From contig DASPSR010000020.1 in assembly GCA_035623825.1 (NCBI GenBank), forward strand, positions 32,001 through 96,000: 64,000 nucleotides of DNA, written 5' to 3'. Below the pieces are notes generated by a model, which worked only from the letters and a program-made list of their open reading frames with translations, was not told where the DNA came from and did not search any database. Positions within the stretch are counted from its first letter, which is position 1, and every line of letters starts with the position of its first letter. The translations under genes were made by a program, and so were the position numbers. Shown piece by piece: positions 11,393 through 21,721 of this stretch. Origin of the DNA: Nitrospirota bacterium (GTDB lineage: Bacteria > Nitrospirota > UBA9217).

Positions 11393-11954
11393 TTTTCTGT
11401 TTATAATCTTCTATATTGCCGATTACCTTGGCTGGCACACCCGCAACAACTGCCCCCGGAGCCACGTCTTTAAGGACGAGGCTCATTGCCCCCACGACAC
11501 TTTTATCTCCAATCGTGACACCCGGCATTATAAGGGCACCAGCCCCAATAAAGACTCCATCACCGATACTGACCTGCGCGTATTTATCCTGAAGTATTTC
11601 TTTAAGGGGGTGATCATTATATCCGACGTTCGTGTGCGTCAGTATGAGAACCCGTTCCGCAAGCGTCGTGTTATGACCGATGGTTACGTTCCCCGCTATA
11701 TCGATCATTGTTTCCGCGCCTATAAAAACGTTGTCGCCGGCGATAAAGTTGCTGAAGCCATCTTTGTAAAAGTTGATAAATGATATGTTTAGTATCCTCG
11801 AGTTTCTACCTATGCGGCTGCCGGCTAAACGGAGGACCATCGCCCTTAAAGGATAAAGACATAAAAAGGATCTTGCGACGGCTGCTATGATATGCCCCGT
11901 CAGGTATCTAAGGAGCGCTTTGACGCCTCTGTTCTTGAGGGAACGGTGGATCAT
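11367..11954 (-). CDS. Hexapeptide-repeat O/N-acetyltransferase
   Basis: IGDGVFIGAGALIMPGVTIGDKSVVGAMSLV...GVPAK. Confidence 0.88.
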   Translation of the reverse strand: MIHRSLKNRGVKALLRYLTGHIIAAVARSFLCLYPLRAMVLRLAGSRIGRNSRILNISFINFYKDGFSNFIAGDNVFIGAETMIDIAGNVTIGHNTTLAERVLILTHTNVGYNDHPLKEILQDKYAQVSIGDGVFIGAGALIMPGVTIGDKSVVGAMSLVLKDVAPGAVVAGVPAKVIGNIEDYKQKNATQTKTS

Positions 11955-13897
11955 CGGTTATTCTCAAGCCATGATTGGAACATCAGCACATCCCACAAAA
12001 GGTACTGCCAATTGCGGCTGCCCGAAAGATGTTCTTGCCACTTAATCCTGATCGGCTCAGGGTTGAAGAACCCTTCTTCACGGAGTCGTTTCTCATCCAG
12101 TAATTCACTAGCCCAATCGCGTAACGGGCCACGAAGCCAGTTGTCTATCGGTATGCCAAAACCCATTTTGGGCCGCTCAATCAATTTTTTGGGAACATAT
12201 TTATAGAGCACTTGACGTAATAGCCATTTCCCCTCTCCGTTGTGGATTTTATAGGAGAGCGGCAATCGCCAGGCAAACTCAATCAACCTGTGATCAAGAA
12301 ACGGCACCCGCGTTTCAAGACTAACTCCCATTGCTGCTCGGTCTATCTTGACCAAGATGTCATCAGGTAGATAGGTCAGTGTATCCAGGTACATCATCCG
12401 CTGAGTAAAGTCGGGCAGTTCTGGCCATATCGATGGATCGGTGAGCAGAGTTGTCGGCTCACGAGCACCGCTCACTACACTTCGTGGCTCTTTCCAATGA
12501 GATACAAAATGTCGATACATCTCCTCGGGAGACTTGACTGCGATAATATCTGCCAATTTGTGTAATTTGTCCCCCATATTGCGCAGACGAACCTTTGCCG
12601 GCAGGACAGCCGCGATAGTATTCCAGCTCGCCGGAGAAAGGGCGGTGCAGCCTGCCGCAACAGCAGACCGTAGAGCCCTCGGCATCCAACCAATTCGATT
12701 CCATAGTGACTTGCTGAGAAAATACCGGTTGTAACCGCCGAATAATTCGTCACCAGCGTCTCCAGACAGGCTGACTGTCACGTGATGGCGTGTAAGTTGT
12801 GAAACCAGATAGGTTGGTATCTGCGATGCATCGGAGAACGGTTCGTCATAGAGTGAGGGTAATTTGGGGATGACATCAATGGCATCCCGGGGAGTCACAT
12901 ACAGGTCTGTATGGTCCGTATGCAGGTGCGTTGCCACGGCTCTCGCATGCTCCGCCTCATTGTACTCTGCTTCATGAAACCCGATAGTGAAAGTTCTGAC
13001 TGGTCGGTTACTTTGCACCTGCATCAGAGCGACGACTGTTGAGGAGTCCACTCCGCCTGAGAGAAAAGCCCCCAAAGGCACATCGGAGACCATCTGCTGC
13101 CGAACCGAATTGCGCAGAAGGCTGTCTAGCTGCTCAACAGCGTTCTTCTCGTCTCCGATATAAGGATTTTTCATGCCTTGAATTACAATTTCTTTTAGCG
13201 ACCAGTATGTCTGCGGGTCGGGGACATAGCCGGTGATGTCTTTTCCTGGGTGAATAGTGAGGATTGTTCCCGGGATGAGCTTCTTAATGCCAGTGTAAAT
13301 CGAATACGGTGTCGGAATATAATTATGGCGAAGAAAGAGTGCAAGCGCATCATGATTGATATCATCGCTCCAGGCAGGATGAGCGCGTAAGGCTTTTAAT
13401 TCAGAGCCAAACAGAAACGTATTCTCTACCCAGCCGTAATAGAGTGGCTTCTCACCGACACGGTCACGGATAAGGTGAAGACATCTTTCCTCTCGGTCCC
13501 ACAAGGCAATGGCGAACATTCCTATAAAACGCTTTACAGAGTGTTCTATGCCCCACGCTTCAAATGCAGCCAATATCACTTCGGTATCTGAATGACCGCT
13601 CCAATCAACGCTCATTACAGATTCTAATTCTTTGCGGATATCGAGGTAATTGTAGATCTCCCCATTAAACACAATAACATAACGGCCTCCTGAGGATAGC
13701 ATTGGTTGATGTCCTGCCGGCGAGAGGTCGAGAATAGACAGTCGACGATGTCCTAATGCGATACCTGATTCATGATCGTACCATTGGCCACCATCATCGG
13801 GGCCCCGATGCACAATCGACTGGGTCATATCATTGAGCGCGCTCATGCGATCCCTTATCGATTGTTTTAAATTAATGAAGCCTACTATGCCGCACAT
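11951..13897 (-). CDS. asnB: Asparagine synthase-like glutamine amidotransferase (sugar amidation)
   Basis: MCGI N-terminus, HRGPD, FNGEIYN, LSGGVDSS, SGDAGDELFGGY, ETRVPFLD. Confidence 0.93.
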   Translation of the reverse strand: MCGIVGFINLKQSIRDRMSALNDMTQSIVHRGPDDGGQWYDHESGIALGHRRLSILDLSPAGHQPMLSSGGRYVIVFNGEIYNYLDIRKELESVMSVDWSGHSDTEVILAAFEAWGIEHSVKRFIGMFAIALWDREERCLHLIRDRVGEKPLYYGWVENTFLFGSELKALRAHPAWSDDINHDALALFLRHNYIPTPYSIYTGIKKLIPGTILTIHPGKDITGYVPDPQTYWSLKEIVIQGMKNPYIGDEKNAVEQLDSLLRNSVRQQMVSDVPLGAFLSGGVDSSTVVALMQVQSNRPVRTFTIGFHEAEYNEAEHARAVATHLHTDHTDLYVTPRDAIDVIPKLPSLYDEPFSDASQIPTYLVSQLTRHHVTVSLSGDAGDELFGGYNRYFLSKSLWNRIGWMPRALRSAVAAGCTALSPASWNTIAAVLPAKVRLRNMGDKLHKLADIIAVKSPEEMYRHFVSHWKEPRSVVSGAREPTTLLTDPSIWPELPDFTQRMMYLDTLTYLPDDILVKIDRAAMGVSLETRVPFLDHRLIEFAWRLPLSYKIHNGEGKWLLRQVLYKYVPKKLIERPKMGFGIPIDNWLRGPLRDWASELLDEKRLREEGFFNPEPIRIKWQEHLSGSRNWQYLLWDVLMFQSWLENNR

Positions 13898-13915
13898 AAA
13901 TTAATCAGCCCTGCC

Positions 13916-15043
13916 TTACACAAGTTGTTCAAAGAGAGCTTCGTACCTCTTAACCACGGACTCAAGTGAAAAGTTTTCGCAGATCCGATTACGGGCCTTC
14001 TGCCCAAGATAACGGCGCTGTTCAGACCCCATGCTGGCTAGATCATATAACGCATCGGACAACGCTTTCGGATCACGTGGTGGCACCACAATGCCGCTGT
14101 CACCGACGATCATTGCTGAATCACCGACGTCGGTCACGACGCATGGAATCGCACAAGACATCGCCTCGCCGACAACATTTGGAAAACCTTCGTTATACGA
14201 AGAAGAAACGGCAATATCCACTGCTGCCATTAGCTGGGGAATATCACTGCGTTCTCCCAGTAAATGTGTCCTTTTTGTTATTCCCAATTTTTCGATTTCT
14301 GCTTGCAATGGGACGTTATGTGCATATATTCCCTTGCCGGCTAAGACGAATTGAGCTTCTATGTTTTTTGCCAGCAGCAGCGATGCCGCTTTTAAAAAAG
14401 TCGAGTGATCCTTCATCGGATGGTATCGGCCGATGAGACATATCAAGAGAGTGTCTGCGCTAACCCCCAGAGATGCACGGATTGTTCGACTTCCCTCTGC
14501 AGAAGGAGCAAATGAATTAATATCGAAACCGTTTGGAATTACGATGCTTTTATCATCGCGGTATCCAAACGCCTTATGGTGTTTGGAACTTGTTGCTGAA
14601 TTGTAAAGAATACGTGTCACTTGACCAGACATCAATGCACCACATTTAATGATCAGCCTTGTCAGTCGTTTCTCGTATGATAAGGAGTAAAGGGACTGAC
14701 GGATATTCCACATTACGGATACTCTTCGATTCGTCAATTTAGATGCTATCAGCGATAAAAGGTTGCCATGGTACATCCATCCCTGAATAACATCCGGTTG
14801 AATGGTGCGAATCACTCGTGATAGTCTCAGCATCGCGGCTAATGAAGGGATAGAGCGCTTCATATCAAGAGTATATACCGGCACGCCTAATGCCTTCATT
14901 TTACCGCCCAGCGTGCCTTTGTCCGTCATTGAAATTACGATGTGTGAAAACCTCTGCCTGTCAGATCCGGACACAAGCTTATAGAGCATCATCTCGGCTC
15001 CGCCGGTACCTAGGCCCGTGGTAATATGGACGATCTTAATCAT
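13916..15043 (-). CDS. Glycosyltransferase family 4
   Basis: GGAEMML, IPNGFD, EGFPNVVGEAMSC. Confidence 0.92.
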   Translation of the reverse strand: MIKIVHITTGLGTGGAEMMLYKLVSGSDRQRFSHIVISMTDKGTLGGKMKALGVPVYTLDMKRSIPSLAAMLRLSRVIRTIQPDVIQGWMYHGNLLSLIASKLTNRRVSVMWNIRQSLYSLSYEKRLTRLIIKCGALMSGQVTRILYNSATSSKHHKAFGYRDDKSIVIPNGFDINSFAPSAEGSRTIRASLGVSADTLLICLIGRYHPMKDHSTFLKAASLLLAKNIEAQFVLAGKGIYAHNVPLQAEIEKLGITKRTHLLGERSDIPQLMAAVDIAVSSSYNEGFPNVVGEAMSCAIPCVVTDVGDSAMIVGDSGIVVPPRDPKALSDALYDLASMGSEQRRYLGQKARNRICENFSLESVVKRYEALFEQLV

Positions 15044-16161
15044 TGTATACAGAACAAGGCTCTTTCTGTCTGCGATACCATTGACTCTACACTAAAATAT
15101 TCGTAAATTCTCTTACGCGCCATAAATGGTTCCTTCGCTCCAGCCTGTTCCAATTTAGACAGCATCCTCTCAATTCCGGAAGCAAGGGCGTTTGCATCCT
15201 GTGGTTTGACGACCACGCCCGTTTCGCCGACAATCAAGGCAGAATCCCCTACATTTGTCACTACGCATGGTACATCACATGCCATTGCCTCACCGACTAC
15301 GTTAGGAAAGCCTTCTCCATATGATGACAGCACGGCAACGTCAAAAGCATTATAAACTGACGGCATATCCTTTCGCGCGCCTGCCCAAATTATTCTTCCT
15401 TCCAACCCGCTGTTGATCGCTAAGCGAAAAAGCTCCTGCTTATAACTTTCCTGTCCATCGCCAACGCAAACAAACTTAACATTATTACGTTCTTTAACAA
15501 GAATAGTTGCAGCCCGTAAAAATGTAGGATGGTCTTTCATGGGGTCCAATCGCGCAACAAGTCCAATTAATAGCTCCTGTGGCTCTACTTTCCACTCTTT
15601 TCGCGTCAGTACGCCTTCTTCACGGAGAGGTCTAAATCTGTCGGTATCAATTCCGTTTGGGACCACTATCGTTTTATCCGAAGGGAATCCTTTTTTTATA
15701 GCATACTCTCGTCCAGCATGGGAATTAGCAATTATAAGATCAGCATATCTGGATAGTCTGCATTCAAGCCGGTATAAAAGGCGGGATAAAAAATCATACT
15801 GTGCCAGATCCATGTAACCTGCTCTAACTCCCCAAACGATCTTAATCTTAGGTATAAATCGTTTGACAATAACCGAGAGTATACACGATACACCCAAGAA
15901 CGCGTAAAGGTATTCAGCGCGCTGATCACGCAACACTGTGAACAGGCGATTCATAAAAGCAAAAACGTCCCATCTTCCTTTTTTTTCCAAAGGAATTACC
16001 GGTATACCTGCTTCTGCAAGGGAAGCAGTCAATAGTCCACCCGGATAGAAGACCAGTACACTGACATCATGGCCTTTGAGTTTAAATCCGCGTGACATCT
16101 CAACTAACTGTTGTTCCGCGCCCCCCACTTCCAGAGACCTAATAAGAAATACAATTTTCAT
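15040..16161 (-). CDS. Glycosyltransferase family 4 (paralog of the adjacent gene)
   Basis: GGAEQQL, VPNGID, EGFPNVVGEAMAC. Confidence 0.92.
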   Translation of the reverse strand: MKIVFLIRSLEVGGAEQQLVEMSRGFKLKGHDVSVLVFYPGGLLTASLAEAGIPVIPLEKKGRWDVFAFMNRLFTVLRDQRAEYLYAFLGVSCILSVIVKRFIPKIKIVWGVRAGYMDLAQYDFLSRLLYRLECRLSRYADLIIANSHAGREYAIKKGFPSDKTIVVPNGIDTDRFRPLREEGVLTRKEWKVEPQELLIGLVARLDPMKDHPTFLRAATILVKERNNVKFVCVGDGQESYKQELFRLAINSGLEGRIIWAGARKDMPSVYNAFDVAVLSSYGEGFPNVVGEAMACDVPCVVTNVGDSALIVGETGVVVKPQDANALASGIERMLSKLEQAGAKEPFMARKRIYEYFSVESMVSQTERALFCIQ

Positions 16162-16329
16162 TATAGATAAGGCTCCATGAATAGAAACCTCGTTTTGAGG
16201 TGGAACCGTTCTCGGAGAGAAGTTCTAAAAACTTCCCAAGTGAGAACGGTGCCGCTCCTTTCAGCAGCATGTCAATTATGGAGTACAACGCCTGCAGGAG
16301 CCAAAAGGTATCTGTAATTCTCTGTGTCC

Positions 16330-16412
16330 CTGTCAATAATCAACTGAGAAAGTGCCAAGGGTTTAGAACGCCATGGAAGTCATTGCTCATTTGTTTGACT
16401 TAAAACTTAAAC
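16330..16412 (+). mobile_element. Degenerate remnant of an IS30-family transposase C-terminus and right end
   Basis: Translates NNQLRKCQGFRTP versus the IS30 C-terminal pattern LNxRPRKCLGFxTP. Confidence 0.45.
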
Positions 16413-16440
16413 TTCTTTCTGAATATTATGTGATTCTTAT

Positions 16441-17223
16441 TTAATTCCGAGAATCATGCGTGCCATCAATAAGAGGCTTCTTCATAACAAAAACTCGTGA
16501 CGCAAATTTAGCGCATACAAATTTCAAGAAAGGCCTAAATACGCTCCATTCGAAAAGAGGAAGAAACATTGATAGCCTCTTACGCCTGCTTATGCGAAAG
16601 AGGATATAGTCAGTATCATAAAAGGTATTGGTAAAATATACTCCGAATTTTTGCTCGATTTCATATAGTGGCTTATAGTGTGTCCATTTATCTATCCAAT
16701 CTAATCCGAAAGATGTCCACTGTCTGATAGATTTGCCTTCCTTGTAATATCCAAGCCCCATTGCTCTAAGCGCCAAAGTATAATAGTATCTGGTCCTAGT
16801 GCCTTTCGTAAGCCAATGAACAAAAGGGATACCTACGTGTCCTTCTCTCCAGACATCCACGCTTGGGAAAATATTGATAAAAATCCCACTCGGCTTGAGT
16901 ACCCGGTTTATTTCAAAAAGAGGTTTAGTAAAATCATCAATATGTTCAAAAACTTGGTTGCTTATTATAACATCAAATTTATCCGAATCGAAAGGGATAC
17001 GTCCATTGTTCAGTTCGAAAATCCGTGTTCCCAGAAGGCCGCGCTTTTTCGCTTCGTCGCGATAGCTCCCACCTTCGTAAAATTCTTCGACACCATAAGC
17101 GTCAAATCCAGCACTGATGGCGTTTTCAACAATCTGACCTGCGCCACATCCGTAATCTAGCAGGCATGAGGTATTGCTTGCAAGTCTCTTCGCTAGATCA
17201 ATCGAATACTCATAATTAAGCAT
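16441..17223 (-). CDS. Class I SAM-dependent methyltransferase
   Basis: LLDYGCGAG, FDVIISNQVFEHI; start refined to MLNYEY. Confidence 0.85.
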   Translation of the reverse strand: MLNYEYSIDLAKRLASNTSCLLDYGCGAGQIVENAISAGFDAYGVEEFYEGGSYRDEAKKRGLLGTRIFELNNGRIPFDSDKFDVIISNQVFEHIDDFTKPLFEINRVLKPSGIFINIFPSVDVWREGHVGIPFVHWLTKGTRTRYYYTLALRAMGLGYYKEGKSIRQWTSFGLDWIDKWTHYKPLYEIEQKFGVYFTNTFYDTDYILFRISRRKRLSMFLPLFEWSVFRPFLKFVCAKFASRVFVMKKPLIDGTHDSRN

Positions 17224-17321
17224 TGAAATCTCCGCATAATAGCATTGCGTATATTTCAGAATGATGATATTCTTGTAATAATACTCCGGATTGCACCTTG
17301 CCAAATTATAAGAGTAACCGC

Positions 17322-18173
17322 TTAACAGCTCTTCTCTTGTGATGTTCTCTGCTTAACAAAAACATATTCATTACAACCAATCCCGCCGCCGCACGTCTTT
17401 AATTTTTCGAGAACGAAGCCTTTTTGTCTGCAAAAATCGAATATTTCTTCCGGCTTAGCCACTTCAAATGGATATCCACCAACCCAATCGATCACGTCAT
17501 ACCATGGATTCATGCCTCTTTCATGCACATACGTTCGCCACGTGTAAAATGGCTTGCATCTTAGAATATCTCGCACTGTTGTCGGACCCCAAAGCCGAAC
17601 AAATGATGGCAATAAAACAATAAATTTTAACCCCCTTGGTAAAAGGTTATAGACCTTTTTGATTTTTAACCAATATCGGCTTTTTCTTCCCTGATCGTTA
17701 TAAATTGAAATAAAGAGTTTTCCTCCGTCAGTTACTAGGTCAGCAATAAGCTCCAGGGCTTTCCACATGGCGCCAGTATGATGCAGAACGCCCCAAGAAT
17801 AGACGATATCAAACGTACCAAGAGATTTAAGATACTCCTCGTCAAGAACGGAACCTTCCTCAACCACATTCCAATTCGAGTCATTCGGGAAATAGCGCCG
17901 CCTGAGTTCGGCAGTGCATGCAACTGATTGTGGATCATAATCGAAGGAATTTACTCGAGCGCCAAGACTCCGAGCAGCCAGAGAAAAAAGCCCGCTACCA
18001 GAGCCGACATCGAGGAACGTTTTTCCTGCAATGCTATCGACCCCCAATTTATTTTGCAAAGAAGCACGCGCTTCATTAATTCGATCATTATTAATATGAG
18101 AAAGAAAACGCGACCAATTTCTACCAAACTCAAATCTTCCGCCAGCATCAATCTCTTTGGCGTGTTCCTCCAT
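17322..18173 (-). CDS. Class I SAM-dependent methyltransferase
   Basis: FLDVGSGSG, FDIVYSWGVLHHTG; GGAGG before MEEHAK. Confidence 0.88.
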   Translation of the reverse strand: MEEHAKEIDAGGRFEFGRNWSRFLSHINNDRINEARASLQNKLGVDSIAGKTFLDVGSGSGLFSLAARSLGARVNSFDYDPQSVACTAELRRRYFPNDSNWNVVEEGSVLDEEYLKSLGTFDIVYSWGVLHHTGAMWKALELIADLVTDGGKLFISIYNDQGRKSRYWLKIKKVYNLLPRGLKFIVLLPSFVRLWGPTTVRDILRCKPFYTWRTYVHERGMNPWYDVIDWVGGYPFEVAKPEEIFDFCRQKGFVLEKLKTCGGGIGCNEYVFVKQRTSQEKSC

Positions 18174-18221
18174 ATTTATTTTCCTCCATAACATCATACG
18201 TTCTCTTCTCAATGGTAAAAC

Positions 18222-19460
18222 CTATACCCCTTTGTTGCTAATGCGGCTTCGCGCACTCATTGATGCCATAATTGCGAATGAAATCAGAAAATAATATTCT
18301 TCAACTATATTGTGGCTGAAAAACCCAAATAATGTTACAAATGCAAGAAACGGCAATGCTGTCTGTCTAGCTTCTCCACTAGCGCGCCAAATCGATGCCA
18401 GGAGAAGCAAAGGTAATATGAACAGCCCGATGACCCCATAATCTGCCATAAAATAAAGATACGTGTTATGTGTCGATATCTCCTCGTTCCATGTCAAGGT
18501 AGAACCTATACCGTTACCAATCAGTGGATGGTTTAAAAACATCTCCCAAGCACGTTTAAAAACCACCCTTCTCTCGTCAAGGCTCGCGTCTTCCGTAGTC
18601 AAGGGATTCGAGATCCAGTCTATTCTCTCAGTAATGTTTGGTAGGTTGATACCTTCACTTAATTTGTCAATAAGATCAATTTCGGTCAACTGGTTTAATA
18701 TCAATAAAATAATGAAGGTTGCTATTGCTATGCCTGCAATAAATTGTTTTTTGTTCAGTACGTTTTGAAATAATAAAATTAGGGTTACGAGAATCCACCC
18801 TATCAAGGCCGTTCTTGAAAATGTCAACAAGATGCCAATGAGGACTATATAAAGATACAGCGTCCGAATTTTTTTTGGCAATAATTCAATTGTCAATATC
18901 ATTCCTAAAACCAAAGCCGCTCCAGCTTGATTTGCATTCAAATAAAAACCGGCAGCTCTTCCCGGATTTGCAAATTCATTATCGAGGGGAACAAATAAAG
19001 AAGGATTCATGAAATCGTAGATATTATCAGCTATCGCTATAAGCACTGCCAGAAGCAAAACCCATCGCACTTTGCGTTGAAGACCTCCATCATCTTCAAG
19101 CGCTGTAAAAAAAAGGAGAATGACGAAAGCACTCAATATTCTTCGTTCTAGAGTTTTTATAACAATCTCAGATGGATCTGAAAAGAAGAAACTCACCAGA
19201 TTAATCATTATAAAAAAAAATGCCCAGTATAATAGGGGCTTAGAACAAGTAATTTCGGATACTTGATCCCTTGCAAAAAGCTTGGACGTTAAAGAAAGCA
19301 AAATAACTGCTGCAAATAATCCAATCCAGAATGACGGCGGAGTTGATGAGTAACCAACAAGAACTAAATAGATCGGAATGTTGGCGTAAAAAAAGAAGAC
19401 GGCTGCATAAACATGAAACGACTTTATGAAATTCATATTTAGTTCAATTTTGGCATGCAA
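18222..19460 (-). CDS. O-antigen ligase/polymerase family (Wzy_C) membrane protein
   Basis: Many TM segments, RAAGFYLNAN, TFSRTA, GNGIG, THNTYL. Confidence 0.85.
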   Translation of the reverse strand: MHAKIELNMNFIKSFHVYAAVFFFYANIPIYLVLVGYSSTPPSFWIGLFAAVILLSLTSKLFARDQVSEITCSKPLLYWAFFFIMINLVSFFFSDPSEIVIKTLERRILSAFVILLFFTALEDDGGLQRKVRWVLLLAVLIAIADNIYDFMNPSLFVPLDNEFANPGRAAGFYLNANQAGAALVLGMILTIELLPKKIRTLYLYIVLIGILLTFSRTALIGWILVTLILLFQNVLNKKQFIAGIAIATFIILLILNQLTEIDLIDKLSEGINLPNITERIDWISNPLTTEDASLDERRVVFKRAWEMFLNHPLIGNGIGSTLTWNEEISTHNTYLYFMADYGVIGLFILPLLLLASIWRASGEARQTALPFLAFVTLFGFFSHNIVEEYYFLISFAIMASMSARSRISNKGV

Positions 19461-19533
19461 CTAATGGCAATTTAGGGATTTAAGCTTTTTCATTGAATCG
19501 GCCATCACACTCAAACACCCAGTATTGTGACGT

Positions 19534-20343
19534 TTATTTTGCCCATTTCCCACGACAGATTATATATGGTGACATCATTTTGCTTGACGGCATGCTCCCA
19601 ATAACTTCTTCAATTTGCCATACCATCATGGATGTAAAACTCAAAGCGCGACAAAAGAACATTTTTATTCTAGTGACTGTCCGCATCCTGCTAAGTCCAT
19701 CCATGTTCAATACGCCGAAATTTGTTGATAAAAAATAATCGCATGTGAGTGCTGTCAAGTCAGCTGCATGATGGGCTTCTCTTAACATGTTCATATCGAG
19801 GGGTTCATGCTTATCATAAATCGATTTGTTGAGTTTTTTTTGCAACAGCCCCACTAAACCAGCCAAATTAGGTATTACGGTTATCATTAATCCGCCGGGG
19901 CTTAAGTAGCTAGTATAAGCATTTATGCAATCGAAGGTATTTTTAAAATGCTCCACAACACCGAAGGAGACGACCACATCGTAAGCATGTAGCATGTGCG
20001 CGGGAGGATTGAAAAAATCCATGTTCATGACTTCACCTGAGACACCCGCATGAGATAGGATTTCTCTTGCCTTAACACATCCTATCTCCGAATAATCGAT
20101 GCCGGAGACGACAAAACCGAATTCTTTGGCAAAATAGGGCAGCCATTGAGACCTCGCGCAGCCTATTTCCAAGATTTTTTTCCCCTTTGTTGTCATTCCC
20201 GAAAATGCATTTTGAAAATATTCATGAAATTGCCGGTTAATGTGATTGTTTAACCCCGGCAAACGGGGATCGACCGCAGATAGTACTTCTCTGTTTTCCC
20301 ATGTCCGATCCCAATAGGTTTTTCCTGCTTTATCTTGATTCAT
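19534..20343 (-). CDS. Class I SAM-dependent methyltransferase
   Basis: ILEIGCA, GIDYS, YDVVVSFGVVEHF. Confidence 0.85.
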   Translation of the reverse strand: MNQDKAGKTYWDRTWENREVLSAVDPRLPGLNNHINRQFHEYFQNAFSGMTTKGKKILEIGCARSQWLPYFAKEFGFVVSGIDYSEIGCVKAREILSHAGVSGEVMNMDFFNPPAHMLHAYDVVVSFGVVEHFKNTFDCINAYTSYLSPGGLMITVIPNLAGLVGLLQKKLNKSIYDKHEPLDMNMLREAHHAADLTALTCDYFLSTNFGVLNMDGLSRMRTVTRIKMFFCRALSFTSMMVWQIEEVIGSMPSSKMMSPYIICRGKWAK

Positions 20344-21701
20344 AGTAATTCAGTGGCAGCTTTTTTCATTAATCTCTTAAGCATGTGGCTAAGGTAACAG
20401 AATGAAACGAAATAGACGATAGAAGTCGAAAGGGCTATACCGCTGACCCCCATCCACTTTATGAATACATAATTCATGACAATATTTATCACAATGCTAA
20501 TAACAGCACCCCACATTAATAGGTTATTGGCTTTAAATGCTGAAATCAGACGCACAATGAGAATACCCGATATGTAAAATGGCATCTGAATGGCAAAGAG
20601 GGCCTGGATACGACCTACCAAGTTAGTATCCTGTACAGTAAAAGAACCGCGTTGGAACAGAATCCTTACGATAGGTTCAGACATCACGACCAGAAGGATG
20701 GTCAAAGGAATTGTGACGGCAAATATTAATCTCGAAAACTTTTTCAAGGTATGGTGAATCCCGCCCCAATTCCTATTAACGACCATGATCGAAAAATATG
20801 GTATAACCGCGGTTCCTAATGCAGCTGCCGCAAGATTCAGCGGAAATCCTATGGCTTTGTTTCCATAATTAAGGGCTGCTACACTGCCAGGTCCCAATGA
20901 TGCTGCCATCCCTTGATTGATGGGACCGGTACTGCCCAATAGAAATGCCCCTGTTATCATTGGGAGATATTGCCCTGCCACTTCTCTCAAATGAGGATCC
21001 ATGCCATGCCATTTCGGCCACAGTGAGATGCCTTGACGATTTAATACGATGCCGAGTAGCGTTGTTTCTATAATTATTCCACAGACGGTTCCTAAGGCCA
21101 GAGCAGAAATACCCCATGATTTTCCGAGCAATAAAAATAAGATGATTACAAATGGTGTAATCACCGGAGTGACGGCGACAAGTGCAAATTGTTCACTAGC
21201 ATTAAGAACTGCGCCCCAGATCGTATTGACTCCGTATATTACTACGACCGGAGAAATAACATAGAACAATTTGAGGGTAAATGTCAGCTTCTGCGAATTG
21301 AAACCTGTCGCAATAATAGGCATGAAATAAGGCGCCGAAATGGCCATAATGACAGTGGCCGCAACCAGCAGACTGAGACTCCAAATCATCACGTTTGAAA
21401 AAAGGCGGTTTGCTGCATTTCTTCCTTCCTCTTCCTTCACACGAATATAGGTAGGAATAAGTGCCGCATTAAAAGAGCCTCCGATCACATTTATGGCAAA
21501 CATCGGTATAATAAATGCTACAAGGAAAGCATCAAGAGAGTCGGCAGTACCGAAAGATGCGGCAATAATAATTTCCTTGGCCATAGTGATCAGTTTAGCG
21601 CCAAAGCTAAGGGACAGAATTACTATGGTTGCGCTTAGGATCTTTCGATTAGTGCTCTGGCGTGCCCAGTCTGTCCATTGCTTAATAAGTTCCATAAACA
21701 C
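20340..21701 (-). CDS. MurJ/MviN-like lipid-linked glycan flippase
   Basis: KEIIIAASFGT..LDAF, FNAALIP, LFQRGSF; hydrophobic profile. Confidence 0.82.
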   Translation of the reverse strand: MFMELIKQWTDWARQSTNRKILSATIVILSLSFGAKLITMAKEIIIAASFGTADSLDAFLVAFIIPMFAINVIGGSFNAALIPTYIRVKEEEGRNAANRLFSNVMIWSLSLLVAATVIMAISAPYFMPIIATGFNSQKLTFTLKLFYVISPVVVIYGVNTIWGAVLNASEQFALVAVTPVITPFVIILFLLLGKSWGISALALGTVCGIIIETTLLGIVLNRQGISLWPKWHGMDPHLREVAGQYLPMITGAFLLGSTGPINQGMAASLGPGSVAALNYGNKAIGFPLNLAAAALGTAVIPYFSIMVVNRNWGGIHHTLKKFSRLIFAVTIPLTILLVVMSEPIVRILFQRGSFTVQDTNLVGRIQALFAIQMPFYISGILIVRLISAFKANNLLMWGAVISIVINIVMNYVFIKWMGVSGIALSTSIVYFVSFCYLSHMLKRLMKKAATELL

Positions 21702-21721
21702 TACCCATAGCGTTCATCATT

